Below, one piece after another: positions 40,439-49,687 of a stretch of 64,000 nt of DNA. Position numbers and translations under genes: made by a program. The notes beneath the pieces were generated by a model. The model was not told the origin of the DNA, searched no databases, and saw nothing but the letters and a program-made list of their open reading frames with translations. This stretch comes from Calditrichaceae bacterium (lineage in GTDB: Bacteria > Calditrichota > Calditrichia > Calditrichales > JBFXGD01), in contig JBFXLE010000005.1 of NCBI GenBank assembly GCA_050173015.1, positions 172,120 through 236,119 on the forward strand. The letters are read 5' to 3'. Position 1 is the stretch's first letter; every line of letters begins with the position of its first letter.

Positions 40439-41788
40439 ATGAAAAACACAATTTCATGCCGCCAGAATGCATGGTATGGAGACAATGAGATTTCTTACCG
40501 GTTCCCCGACAACTGGAAAATTACCGTATTTTCCCCTCAAGACAGGGCAAAGCTGAGTGATGATGAAATTTATACAAAGATACAAAATCCCCTGGGCTGT
40601 TTTCCCCTGATCAAACAATTGAAGCCGGGTATGAAAGTATTAATTATCAGCGATGATATAACCAGACCCACCCGTACAGATGTCATCATTCCGATTCTTC
40701 TCAATATCCTGAAAAACGCCGGTATTCATTCCACTCATGTTTCTATATTGATCGGAACGGGCCTTCATTCGCTTATGGGTGATCATGAGAAGATGCTTAA
40801 ATTCGGCAAAGCAATAGTTGATAATTTTAAAATATATGACCACGATTATCGCGGAAAAAACATTTACGCGGGAAAAACAAGACAGGGGACACCGGTTTTT
40901 ATAAACAGACATGTTATGGAAAGCGATTTTATAATCGGTGTTGGCGGGATTTATCCTCATAATCCGGCCGGATTCGGAGGAGGAGCCAAGCTGATCCTGG
41001 GTGTCAGCGGGGAGAAAACAATCAAATATTTTCATCTGAGAAGAAAAGGCGTGGACGCCGGCGGAGCAGTTTCAAATGAATTCAGACAGGATCTGCTTGA
41101 AGCTTCAAGGTTGGCGGGAATGAATTTTATCATCAATAACCTGGTTGATAAAAACAGAAATATAATCGATATCTTTGCCGGAGATGTTGATTCGGCTTAT
41201 CATGCGGGTGTGGAAAAAGCGATGGATATTTTCGGTGTTCCGAGTCCCGCCGATCAATCGTTTGATTTAGTGGTGGCTGACGCCTATCCCTTTGACAGTA
41301 CATTTGCCTTTACCCGAAAAGGATGGTGGCCTATCCGTCAATGCGGGAGAAAAAGCTACAAACTTATTATTTCTTCTATCCCTAATGGAATAGGGAATCA
41401 TCCGCTATTTCCGACGGTTCCGGTCCGATACCCAAAGATAATTGACGCGTATAATCAATACCTGACCTCCGGAATCAAAGATTTTATCTTCAACTACTCC
41501 GTAAAATCCATTTACCGGGGAGGCCGAAACTTTGCGTCAGAAGGATTTCATAAGGTTAAGAATATGATTCGTCCGTCCGCGAAGGAAGCTCCGGCAGCCC
41601 GGAATCAGCCTCTGCCGGCGACACTGCTTCATGGTTTGGATAAAAATTTCTCAAATCAACCGTTACCGTATTCTCTGCGCTCAACAAATAATCTTAAGGA
41701 ATTCACAGATCATTTGATATCCCAAACCGGCGACAGGGAATTAAAAGTGGGATTTTATCAAGCATCGTCTCTGACTTTTCCTGGATAG
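40439..41788 (+). CDS. LarA-family (nickel-pincer dependent racemase/epimerase, DUF2088) protein
   Basis: DITRPT, GTGLH, GTPV.IN, PH..AGFGGG.K motifs. Confidence 0.8.
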   Translation: MKNTISCRQNAWYGDNEISYRFPDNWKITVFSPQDRAKLSDDEIYTKIQNPLGCFPLIKQLKPGMKVLIISDDITRPTRTDVIIPILLNILKNAGIHSTHVSILIGTGLHSLMGDHEKMLKFGKAIVDNFKIYDHDYRGKNIYAGKTRQGTPVFINRHVMESDFIIGVGGIYPHNPAGFGGGAKLILGVSGEKTIKYFHLRRKGVDAGGAVSNEFRQDLLEASRLAGMNFIINNLVDKNRNIIDIFAGDVDSAYHAGVEKAMDIFGVPSPADQSFDLVVADAYPFDSTFAFTRKGWWPIRQCGRKSYKLIISSIPNGIGNHPLFPTVPVRYPKIIDAYNQYLTSGIKDFIFNYSVKSIYRGGRNFASEGFHKVKNMIRPSAKEAPAARNQPLPATLLHGLDKNFSNQPLPYSLRSTNNLKEFTDHLISQTGDRELKVGFYQASSLTFPG

Positions 41789-42079
41789 CGCGATGGTTAT
41801 TTCGGGACCGGGAACTACATTTTTTTTATAAAAACAGCACTTCTATAAAGGCTTTTTGTCATAAGCGCGTCAGCCGTTTCTTTGATGTGTAAGTTATGAT
41901 CGGCTCATACCTATGTTTTGATTGGCTGAACCGTATGTTATAATCGGTTCATGCGTAGCAGACGATGGTGTTATCCGTTTAGGCCACAACGGTTATTTGA
42001 AATATTGACGCGGGATTACACGTTTATTGAAGATGTCGGCCATATCCGCGCCGGATTAAGTGATACTCAGGATGTAATT

Positions 42080-42352
42080 ATGATCATGTTTTACAGGCAT
42101 AAAAACTGTTCCGAATGCGACGATATTCAGGACCGGCTCGATGAGCTGGTCATTGCATACGAGTCCGTCATACCGGGGGCGGAAGAGCGGCCGGAAATTC
42201 AAAACCTGCCTGTTTTAAAAGATGACGGTAAAAATTTTACCGGGATACAATCGATTTCTAAGCATATTGATGAATTAACGTCCTTTAAAGAGATTTGGGA
42301 TAAATTTCAGGGCGATTCATGTTATTGCAATGACCGGGGCGAGGTCGAATAA
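42080..42352 (+). CDS. Small glutaredoxin-like protein
   Basis: CSEC motif near the N-terminus, LPVL cis-Pro motif, C-terminal FQGDSCYC. The ORF extension upstream of 42080 looks non-coding. Confidence 0.6.
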   Translation: MIMFYRHKNCSECDDIQDRLDELVIAYESVIPGAEERPEIQNLPVLKDDGKNFTGIQSISKHIDELTSFKEIWDKFQGDSCYCNDRGEVE

Positions 42353-42554
42353 TCCTGCTTTTTCATCATTTCTCATGTGATTTTTAAACAAAACCTTACG
42401 TTCATCGTGTTTCAGTATCTGCGTATCTCAGAAAATTGGATTAATCAGGGAGTAACGCGATGCACGGCAGAAGAATTTATATCTTCATATTTGTGTAATA
42501 ATATATTAATTTAATCATAGCAAAGGCCAGTTTCACATAAGCTTGGGATCATTT

Positions 42555-45488
42555 ATGAAATCAAAAGTCCTCATTCCTCTTCTGCTTCTTTTTCAGTTTC
42601 TGTTTTTAGTTTTCAGTGTCAATCTTTTTTCGCAGTCAATTGAATCTGCCGAAATTACCGGATTAATACAGTCATTTAAAAAAGACGAACGCGGCCCCTA
42701 TCAGGCGATCCGTTGGTTTTGTCCGGATGGCACCATCATTCCGCCCAAGGAAAGGTGTCCGGAGCCCGGCGGTATTCAGCACGCTCTTCATAAAGATATT
42801 GTCACGCGAATCGCGAAAAATAACGGGATATACCTGGGACAGATTCTTGCCGGAGCGAAGTTTGAAGATGTCTTGGATGAACTGAACCGGAACTCCAGAT
42901 TAAAACAATATATGATGGAGAGATATCTTCAGCGCTCCGATGACGGCTGGATTTTTCGCAGAGCGCGTTATTACCGGGGCGCCATCCAGGTAGAAGATGA
43001 AGAATATTGGGGAGTGAATTTTCTAAAATGGCTCGTCTCCAGGGAAGATATTATTGATAAGCAATTCTATTTGTTGCGTCAGGCCGCAAAGGATATTCCG
43101 CATAAGGCCAATGATAATCACTGGAATAATATCCGGGATCTCTCCAAAACGCTTGGCGATTCACTGCCGTCATTTATGGATTTGCGGGTGAAATTACACG
43201 GTCAGCCGGATATGGGAGATCTGGAACGGGTAAGAAATTTCAAAACACGAAACAAAAACAAAATTCCGGTGATGATGGATGAATTGCTGCAGAATCTGGA
43301 AAAGGAACTGGAACTGGCATTCAAACCGACTGATCTTCAGACACTCAGCGCATACGTTGAAAAATTACCATCATCTAATATTCTATCCGTACGTACTAAA
43401 AAACTAATCACTGCTTACGGAAGAAAGAGCAGTCAGAATACGCCGGACAACCGAATAAAGGACATTGCTTCCCTACTGTGGGAGATCAGAGCCAATCTTC
43501 TTTCTGTGTCAAAGCCGGATCAACGTCTGGCCATCATCGATCTTTCAAACGAGCTCGAAACGATCCTTTTCAGCGAAATTCGTTTATGGAAGCCGGAAAC
43601 CATCGGCGGGCTGCTTGAGAAAAATTATTATCTTACAAAAGCGGCGGCAGGATGCGGATTTCTTGAAAAATGGGAATGGGAACAGATTGAGCAACTCCTA
43701 TCGGTGTCCGGAAACGCTGAAGATATGAGTCTGGATGATTTCAGAAAAAAAAGCGAAACTTCAAGGCGAGCCGTCGAATGGAGCGCGGGAATGGTACGGG
43801 CTAATTTTGAACCGGTCGTTTCATTGTTCGATGCATTCGAGCCGCTTGCAAAAGGTTTTACGGATGACCGCATTCGCGGCTCTGTGCTTCTTCCTCTTGG
43901 AGAAGTCGCGGGCGATTTGTCAGACCGGTTGTCTGTCTTTGCAGGTCAGAGCAACAATGTAATGGGGATAAGTAATCAGAATAAAATTACCGGTCTTAAT
44001 CCGGGATTTGCTTTTGGGAAGCTGGAAGTTGTTCCCGGGGCGCCGGATGACATTCAGTTCGCGGCGGATAAAATTTATATACTGATGCGACCGCCCGCGG
44101 ATATGAAACCGGTAGCGGGAATTGCTACTGTTTCAGAAGGAAATCTGGTCTCGCATGTGCAGCTGCTGGCGCGGAATCTTGGAATTCCGAACGCGGTCTT
44201 GTCGGATCAGAATTTGGCCGATTTATCCGCTTATTCGGGGAAAGACGTGTTTTATGCGGTTTCACCGGGCGGCAGCGTGTTAATGAAACCGGCTGAAAAA
44301 ATGACGGATAGGGAAAAAGCTCTTATTCAGATTAAAAAGAGGAAAGAAGAAAGAATTAAAGTTCCAACAGGGAAAATCAATTTAAATCAGACCGATATTA
44401 TAAGTCTGCGTAAGCTCAGGGCATCCGATTCGGGAAAGATCTGCGGCCCTAAAGCGGCAAATCTTGGTCAGTTGAAAAGTATGTTCCCGCGGCAGGTGGT
44501 AGAGGGTCTGGTGATTCCATTCGGAATTTTCCGTCAGCACATGGATCAATTCATGCCGGGTAGTGAATTAACTTACTGGCAGTATTTACAGGAAACGTTT
44601 GAGAATGCATCCGGTGAGAATAAAACGGGAATGACAAATGACCAAATAGATTCAATGGTATTAAAGCGTCTCGAAGTTCTTCGTGAAGCGATCAGGAAAA
44701 TTAAATTTTCACAGGAGTTTTTACTAAAGATGAAAGCCGGATTCACGGATGTTCTTGGCAGGGACATGGGCGGAGTACCGGTCTTTATCCGCAGTGACAC
44801 CAATATGGAAGATTTAAAGGATTTTACGGGCGCGGGATTGAATCTGACGGTATTTAATGTGGTTGACGAAGAAAAAATTTTACAGGCAATCCGCGACGTA
44901 TGGGCTTCTCCGTTCACGGAACGGAGTTATAAATGGAGACAAAAATTTCTGCTTAATCCGGAAAATGTATATCCGTCTATTCTTATTATTCCCACCGTGG
45001 ATGTTGAAAAATCGGGGGTGATGATAACGACCGGTGTCACCTCCGGGAATCCGGAGGATGTTACCATCGCGTTCAACCGCGGAGCCGGCGGGGCGGTGGA
45101 GGGTCAGGCGGCCGAATCGTATCTTCTGAGAAACGATGGCTCAAATCAACTATTGTCTCCTTCGCGAGAAACTCTCAGCACAACGCTCCCGGCAACGGGC
45201 GGAACGGCAAAAGCAATCATGCCTTTGAACAAACCGGTGCTGGATAACAATGAACTAAGCATGCTTCGCGCTTTTGCCGGTGAGATCAAAAAGAAACTCC
45301 CGGGGACTCCCGGAATTGAATCAAAAGGGCCGTTTGATGTGGAGTTGGGATTTAAAGACGGGCAAATCTGGTTGTTTCAGGTACGGCCATTTGTGGAAAA
45401 TAAAAACGCGCGATCTTCAGAGTATCTCCAGAAAATGGATCCGAAGATAAAAGATATCCGGATATCGCTAACCGATACTCTGAATTAG
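42555..45488 (+). CDS. Exported PEP-utilising/dikinase-family protein (phospho-His swivel domain followed by C-terminal ATP-grasp PPDK_N domain)
   Basis: Signal peptide MKSKVLIPLLLLFQFLFLVFSVNLFS-Q; EGNLVSHVQLLARNLGIP His motif; GPKAANLG, RSDTNMED…FTGAG, ELGF…LFQVRP. Confidence 0.85.
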   Translation: MKSKVLIPLLLLFQFLFLVFSVNLFSQSIESAEITGLIQSFKKDERGPYQAIRWFCPDGTIIPPKERCPEPGGIQHALHKDIVTRIAKNNGIYLGQILAGAKFEDVLDELNRNSRLKQYMMERYLQRSDDGWIFRRARYYRGAIQVEDEEYWGVNFLKWLVSREDIIDKQFYLLRQAAKDIPHKANDNHWNNIRDLSKTLGDSLPSFMDLRVKLHGQPDMGDLERVRNFKTRNKNKIPVMMDELLQNLEKELELAFKPTDLQTLSAYVEKLPSSNILSVRTKKLITAYGRKSSQNTPDNRIKDIASLLWEIRANLLSVSKPDQRLAIIDLSNELETILFSEIRLWKPETIGGLLEKNYYLTKAAAGCGFLEKWEWEQIEQLLSVSGNAEDMSLDDFRKKSETSRRAVEWSAGMVRANFEPVVSLFDAFEPLAKGFTDDRIRGSVLLPLGEVAGDLSDRLSVFAGQSNNVMGISNQNKITGLNPGFAFGKLEVVPGAPDDIQFAADKIYILMRPPADMKPVAGIATVSEGNLVSHVQLLARNLGIPNAVLSDQNLADLSAYSGKDVFYAVSPGGSVLMKPAEKMTDREKALIQIKKRKEERIKVPTGKINLNQTDIISLRKLRASDSGKICGPKAANLGQLKSMFPRQVVEGLVIPFGIFRQHMDQFMPGSELTYWQYLQETFENASGENKTGMTNDQIDSMVLKRLEVLREAIRKIKFSQEFLLKMKAGFTDVLGRDMGGVPVFIRSDTNMEDLKDFTGAGLNLTVFNVVDEEKILQAIRDVWASPFTERSYKWRQKFLLNPENVYPSILIIPTVDVEKSGVMITTGVTSGNPEDVTIAFNRGAGGAVEGQAAESYLLRNDGSNQLLSPSRETLSTTLPATGGTAKAIMPLNKPVLDNNELSMLRAFAGEIKKKLPGTPGIESKGPFDVELGFKDGQIWLFQVRPFVENKNARSSEYLQKMDPKIKDIRISLTDTLN

Positions 45489-45522
45489 TGGTTTGTTTAA
45501 TATTTGGGGAGAAACAGATCCA

Positions 45523-46770
45523 ATGAAAATAAAAATAGCGGCGTTACTTTTTTTTATGATCCTTTTTGACGGTCTTTCGGGTTACCCGATCGACGGATAT
45601 CAATGGACAGGAATAAGACGCTTATTGAGATTAAGCCTGATGAGCGAGGGACAGATTAAAGGTACTTTGCCCCCACCCGGAGGCAGGAAGCCTTACTCGG
45701 AAATCGCTTTGAATCTTTTAAACGCGAAAGGTGACAGTCTTGATACGCTTCCGAAGGTAGATCAGGAATTACAGAAACGGATTGACGCGCTGTTCCCGAA
45801 TCGCGATGAAAGTTATTCACTGGCGCTTCTTGAAATCACCCCGGGTAAGCCGATGCGCTTTGCCAAACGACAGGCGGAAAACAGATTCGCTCCCGGAAGT
45901 GTGGGAAAGCTGGCCATTTTAGCCGGACTGTTTACCGAATTACAAAAAATCTACCCGGATTCACCCGAAAAAAGAAAGGAACTGCTGCGCGCCCGAATGG
46001 TCGTCGCGGATAAATGGATTCTCACAGATCATCATGAAGTACCATTTTTTAATCCGGAAACGAAGGCGGCATCCTGGAGACCGATAAAAGAAGGGGATAC
46101 ATTTTCTCTGTATGAATGGGTAGATCACATGATCTCAGCCAGCGCGAATTCAGCGGCAAGCGTTGTCTGGAAAGAAGTTCTATTGATGAGAGCATTCGGG
46201 AAAAATTACCCGGCGAGTCCGGAGTGGGAAAAACATTTTTTTGAAAAAACAACAAAAAGTGAACTCAGTGCCATAGCCATGTCAACGGTTAATGACCCGC
46301 TCAGGGCGATGGGGATTGAGCAGAATGAATGGCAGCTTGGCAGTTTTTTTACGCAAACAGGCAAAAAACTGGTTCCGGGCGGTAGTGGAAGCTACGGGAC
46401 TCCCACGGCTTTGCTAAAATATCTTATCGCTTTGGAACGGGGAAAGATAGTGGATGAATGGTCAAGCCTGGAGATTAAAAGAATGATGTATATGACCGCG
46501 AAACGAATCCGCTATGCGTCAAGCCCGGCGTTAGCAGACGCGGCGGTCTATTTTAAATCGGGAAGCCAGTACCGCTGCAAAGTGGAACCTGATTTCAAGT
46601 GCGGTAAATATATGGGAAATGTTGAAAACTATATGAATTCGGTTGCCATTGTCGAGCATCCGGCCGGTCGTGTCTATCTTGTGGCGCTTATGTCAAATGT
46701 TTTAAAGAAAAACTCAGCGGTGGAACATCAGTCGCTGGCCACATTTATCGACAGGATCATTTCAAAATAA
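45523..46770 (+). CDS. Exported serine hydrolase, class A beta-lactamase/PBP fold
   Basis: SVGK (SxxK), SAN (SxN), KSG; signal peptide. Confidence 0.8.
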   Translation: MKIKIAALLFFMILFDGLSGYPIDGYQWTGIRRLLRLSLMSEGQIKGTLPPPGGRKPYSEIALNLLNAKGDSLDTLPKVDQELQKRIDALFPNRDESYSLALLEITPGKPMRFAKRQAENRFAPGSVGKLAILAGLFTELQKIYPDSPEKRKELLRARMVVADKWILTDHHEVPFFNPETKAASWRPIKEGDTFSLYEWVDHMISASANSAASVVWKEVLLMRAFGKNYPASPEWEKHFFEKTTKSELSAIAMSTVNDPLRAMGIEQNEWQLGSFFTQTGKKLVPGGSGSYGTPTALLKYLIALERGKIVDEWSSLEIKRMMYMTAKRIRYASSPALADAAVYFKSGSQYRCKVEPDFKCGKYMGNVENYMNSVAIVEHPAGRVYLVALMSNVLKKNSAVEHQSLATFIDRIISK

Positions 46771-46780
46771 ATGTGTTGTT

Positions 46781-49666
46781 TTAGCGGTCGACACCAATAT
46801 GCTTCAGCGCGAAACCGGCCATTTTTCTGACTTTGGGATCCGGACTGTTCACCAATGATCCAATATAAGGAAGATATTTCTCATCTTTTAATTGACTGAC
46901 AAGATACAAGGTACGGATTTGCAGTGTCGTGTCTTCGCTTGAAAGAAGCGTTGTAAGGCATTCGTGCTCAGACTTGATTTTTAATCCAAACTGCTCAAGC
47001 GTTTTATCGATAACAGAACTGATCATTGTCGTTTCAACGATCGGTATGATGATCTTTTTCAAATCGCTCTCCAGGACATTATCCAAAAACTCAACCGCGT
47101 TGACACGGACATCCGGTTTGCTGCTGCTGATTCCACTGTACACATTCTCTATATCTTCAGGCGGATATTTTAATCCAAGCAGCCGGAATATTCTTTCCAG
47201 ATTGTTGTCCAGGCGATCCTCTAAAGCCTTGATCAGCATATTTCTGGCTTCATGCAGTTTGGTTTGATTGGGATCAGATAAGTTCCCGGCACCGGAAATC
47301 GTCTCGGCTCGCACCTGTGAATAAAGAAACGCGAGAGTGTTAACATAATCGTTGGCTTCCGCGAAAATTCGGTTGGCGAGGTTGGGGACATGGAAATTCA
47401 GCGCGGGGGAATTCAGTCTCAGGTCGTATAAAGCATTGATGACTTCATAGCGGACGAGCGCGTCTTTTAACTGTAAATTTTTTACAAGAACATCTACCGC
47501 TTTTTGGTTGCGGAAATTGGCGATCAGAGCGGGAATACTCAATCGAATATTTCTCTCAACATACGGATTGTTTAAATGTTCATTCAAAACATCAAGTATT
47601 TCCGGCCCAAACGCAAGGAGTGCTTCGTAGGTGTATTTCCATAATCTTTTCTTTTTTTGCATACGGATCAGAACGGGGATAAAGTCCATATTCTTGCTGG
47701 ATCCGGCGGCTAATATCGCTGCTTTTAAAACGTCAGGATCGCTATCGCTCAATAAAATATGCAGATAGGGGTACAATTCGGGAATATCCGCCGCGCCAAT
47801 GACCCTGGATGCCAGAGTTTTTAAAGATTTTGTATGGGATTTGTTTGTCTGAAGCCGCAAATCTTTCATCAATTCGTTTACCGATTCTTTCACTCTGAAT
47901 TGCTGCTTTAATTCGGGATTATTACGGCTCTCCCTTGCCGCGCACAGAAGGGCGGCGCTGCGAACGGTAATATCGGGAGACTGCAGGAATGAAGACAGCT
48001 TTTCAATTCTTTGTCCGCCGGCCCTCTGAAACAGATAATGTATGGCCTCAGTTTTTATCTCTAAATCCGGGTCTTGGATAAGATTTTCGACTTCTGCGGA
48101 AAGATCCACATGTTTATAAAAATAGATATTTCTAAGTACTTCAAGTTTTATTTCTCCGGAAGAATGGTTCAGAAGTTTCTGAAAGCATGGAAGAAGACGG
48201 TCGTTTTGAATTGGCTTCACCATTTTAAGAACCTGGAGAATCTGAGATTCATTTTTTCCTTCAAGGATTTTGATGAATCCGCCAAATACAGACTCGTTTT
48301 GAATGTCGGGCAAATCTGAATTTGAGTTTATCTTATTGGATTCAATCTTTAAGCGGAAAGAATTGACATACTCTTTTCTAATCCTGGTGACAAGATATAT
48401 CCATAGAGAAAGCAATAAAATGATAATAAGACTGATCTGCCTGATGGAGAAGTCGAATCCGTACGTTAAAAAAATCAGAAGCAATCCGCCAATTCCTGTC
48501 GCGAAGCTATCTACAAAAACATCGATAAACGATTTTGCCTGATTTTTAATTTCCACCGGAATAGGCAGGGCGAGCAGTTCGATTCCGGCCTTGTTGATGG
48601 AGTTTTTAAGACTGCCGTCCGTTATTTTGATAAAAACTCCCGCCCACAGCACGGGAGTGATAAAGATGGTTACCGCGCCGATAAGAATTCCAACCGGCAG
48701 AAACAATAAAGAAGTACCCACTCCAAAAACGCCCACAACCCGGCGCGTGACAAACAGCTGAATCAGAAGAGAAGCGATATTCAGATTGGAAAGCCAGAAT
48801 CCGAAGAAGGCGGTTAACTGATCCTCATTGGTGATTTCTCTGGCAGCGATGGCTCCAAACTGATACTCAATAAGTTTGGCGACCAACACACCGGTTCCAA
48901 CGATGCTGGCCAGATAAATAAGATGCTTTGACTGCCGGATTATACGGACCGGATGGACCGCCGTCACGGATACCGGATGCGCCCGGTATAATTTACGGTG
49001 TTCGGCGTTCCTAAAATAATCCTTCCATAAATTATTTGTGATTGGTATGCACAATAATAAAAAACCGATACAAATAAAGATCAGATTTTCACTGCTGATG
49101 ACAGGGGCAAGAAAATTGGTGAGATACCCGCCGAAAATCCCTCCGGCGATGGCGCCGGATCCTATGAATCCGAATAAGCGTTTCGCCTCACGGGCGTTAA
49201 ATATCACATTCGCGAGTATCCAGAACTGAGAACTCGAGATGACGGCAAATATGGCGACAAACACATAAAAAATGTATATGATCCAGCCGGGCAGCAAATT
49301 TAACTGCAGAAACGACCAGAACATAAATAAAAAAGCAATTGAAATTTTTAGTGTTTTTACAATTAAACGGTGCACAGGCGCTTTTTTAAGCAGTTCTGAA
49401 TAAAGAGATGATATTCCGGCCGCAAACACGGCAACCAATATAAATACAAAGGGAAGCTGTTCAACGCCGAACCTGGTAAGGAACATTGAAATAACCACAG
49501 GTTTTACAATGAGCAGAGACGAGATGATCAGAAAAATATAAATCCACATCATCAGGGCTCGTCTTCCCTCCCCGTGTCTTATATCAAAGGTCTCGTTAAG
49601 AATTTTTTCAACGATGTCAATGAATTTTACCCCGGCAACGCTGGAACCGCTGTTTGTGCTCACCAT
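46781..49666 (-). CDS. NTT/TLC (Npt1/Npt2-like) nucleotide transporter fused to HEAT repeats
   Basis: About 12 TM N-terminal domain with QFWILANVIFNAREAKRLFG and KSFIDVFV motifs; helical HEAT-like C-terminal half (DPDLEIK, DPDVLK, DALVR, DPKVR). Confidence 0.85.
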   Translation of the reverse strand: MVSTNSGSSVAGVKFIDIVEKILNETFDIRHGEGRRALMMWIYIFLIISSLLIVKPVVISMFLTRFGVEQLPFVFILVAVFAAGISSLYSELLKKAPVHRLIVKTLKISIAFLFMFWSFLQLNLLPGWIIYIFYVFVAIFAVISSSQFWILANVIFNAREAKRLFGFIGSGAIAGGIFGGYLTNFLAPVISSENLIFICIGFLLLCIPITNNLWKDYFRNAEHRKLYRAHPVSVTAVHPVRIIRQSKHLIYLASIVGTGVLVAKLIEYQFGAIAAREITNEDQLTAFFGFWLSNLNIASLLIQLFVTRRVVGVFGVGTSLLFLPVGILIGAVTIFITPVLWAGVFIKITDGSLKNSINKAGIELLALPIPVEIKNQAKSFIDVFVDSFATGIGGLLLIFLTYGFDFSIRQISLIIILLLSLWIYLVTRIRKEYVNSFRLKIESNKINSNSDLPDIQNESVFGGFIKILEGKNESQILQVLKMVKPIQNDRLLPCFQKLLNHSSGEIKLEVLRNIYFYKHVDLSAEVENLIQDPDLEIKTEAIHYLFQRAGGQRIEKLSSFLQSPDITVRSAALLCAARESRNNPELKQQFRVKESVNELMKDLRLQTNKSHTKSLKTLASRVIGAADIPELYPYLHILLSDSDPDVLKAAILAAGSSKNMDFIPVLIRMQKKKRLWKYTYEALLAFGPEILDVLNEHLNNPYVERNIRLSIPALIANFRNQKAVDVLVKNLQLKDALVRYEVINALYDLRLNSPALNFHVPNLANRIFAEANDYVNTLAFLYSQVRAETISGAGNLSDPNQTKLHEARNMLIKALEDRLDNNLERIFRLLGLKYPPEDIENVYSGISSSKPDVRVNAVEFLDNVLESDLKKIIIPIVETTMISSVIDKTLEQFGLKIKSEHECLTTLLSSEDTTLQIRTLYLVSQLKDEKYLPYIGSLVNSPDPKVRKMAGFALKHIGVDR

Positions 49667-49687
49667 AAATCCTGTTTTTTTATAAGG

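Noticed and set aside
42555-45488. Annotation as PEP synthase (ppsA) or rifampicin phosphotransferase (rph)
   Set aside because: The domain order differs from both, there is no PEP-binding barrel, and a signal peptide is present.
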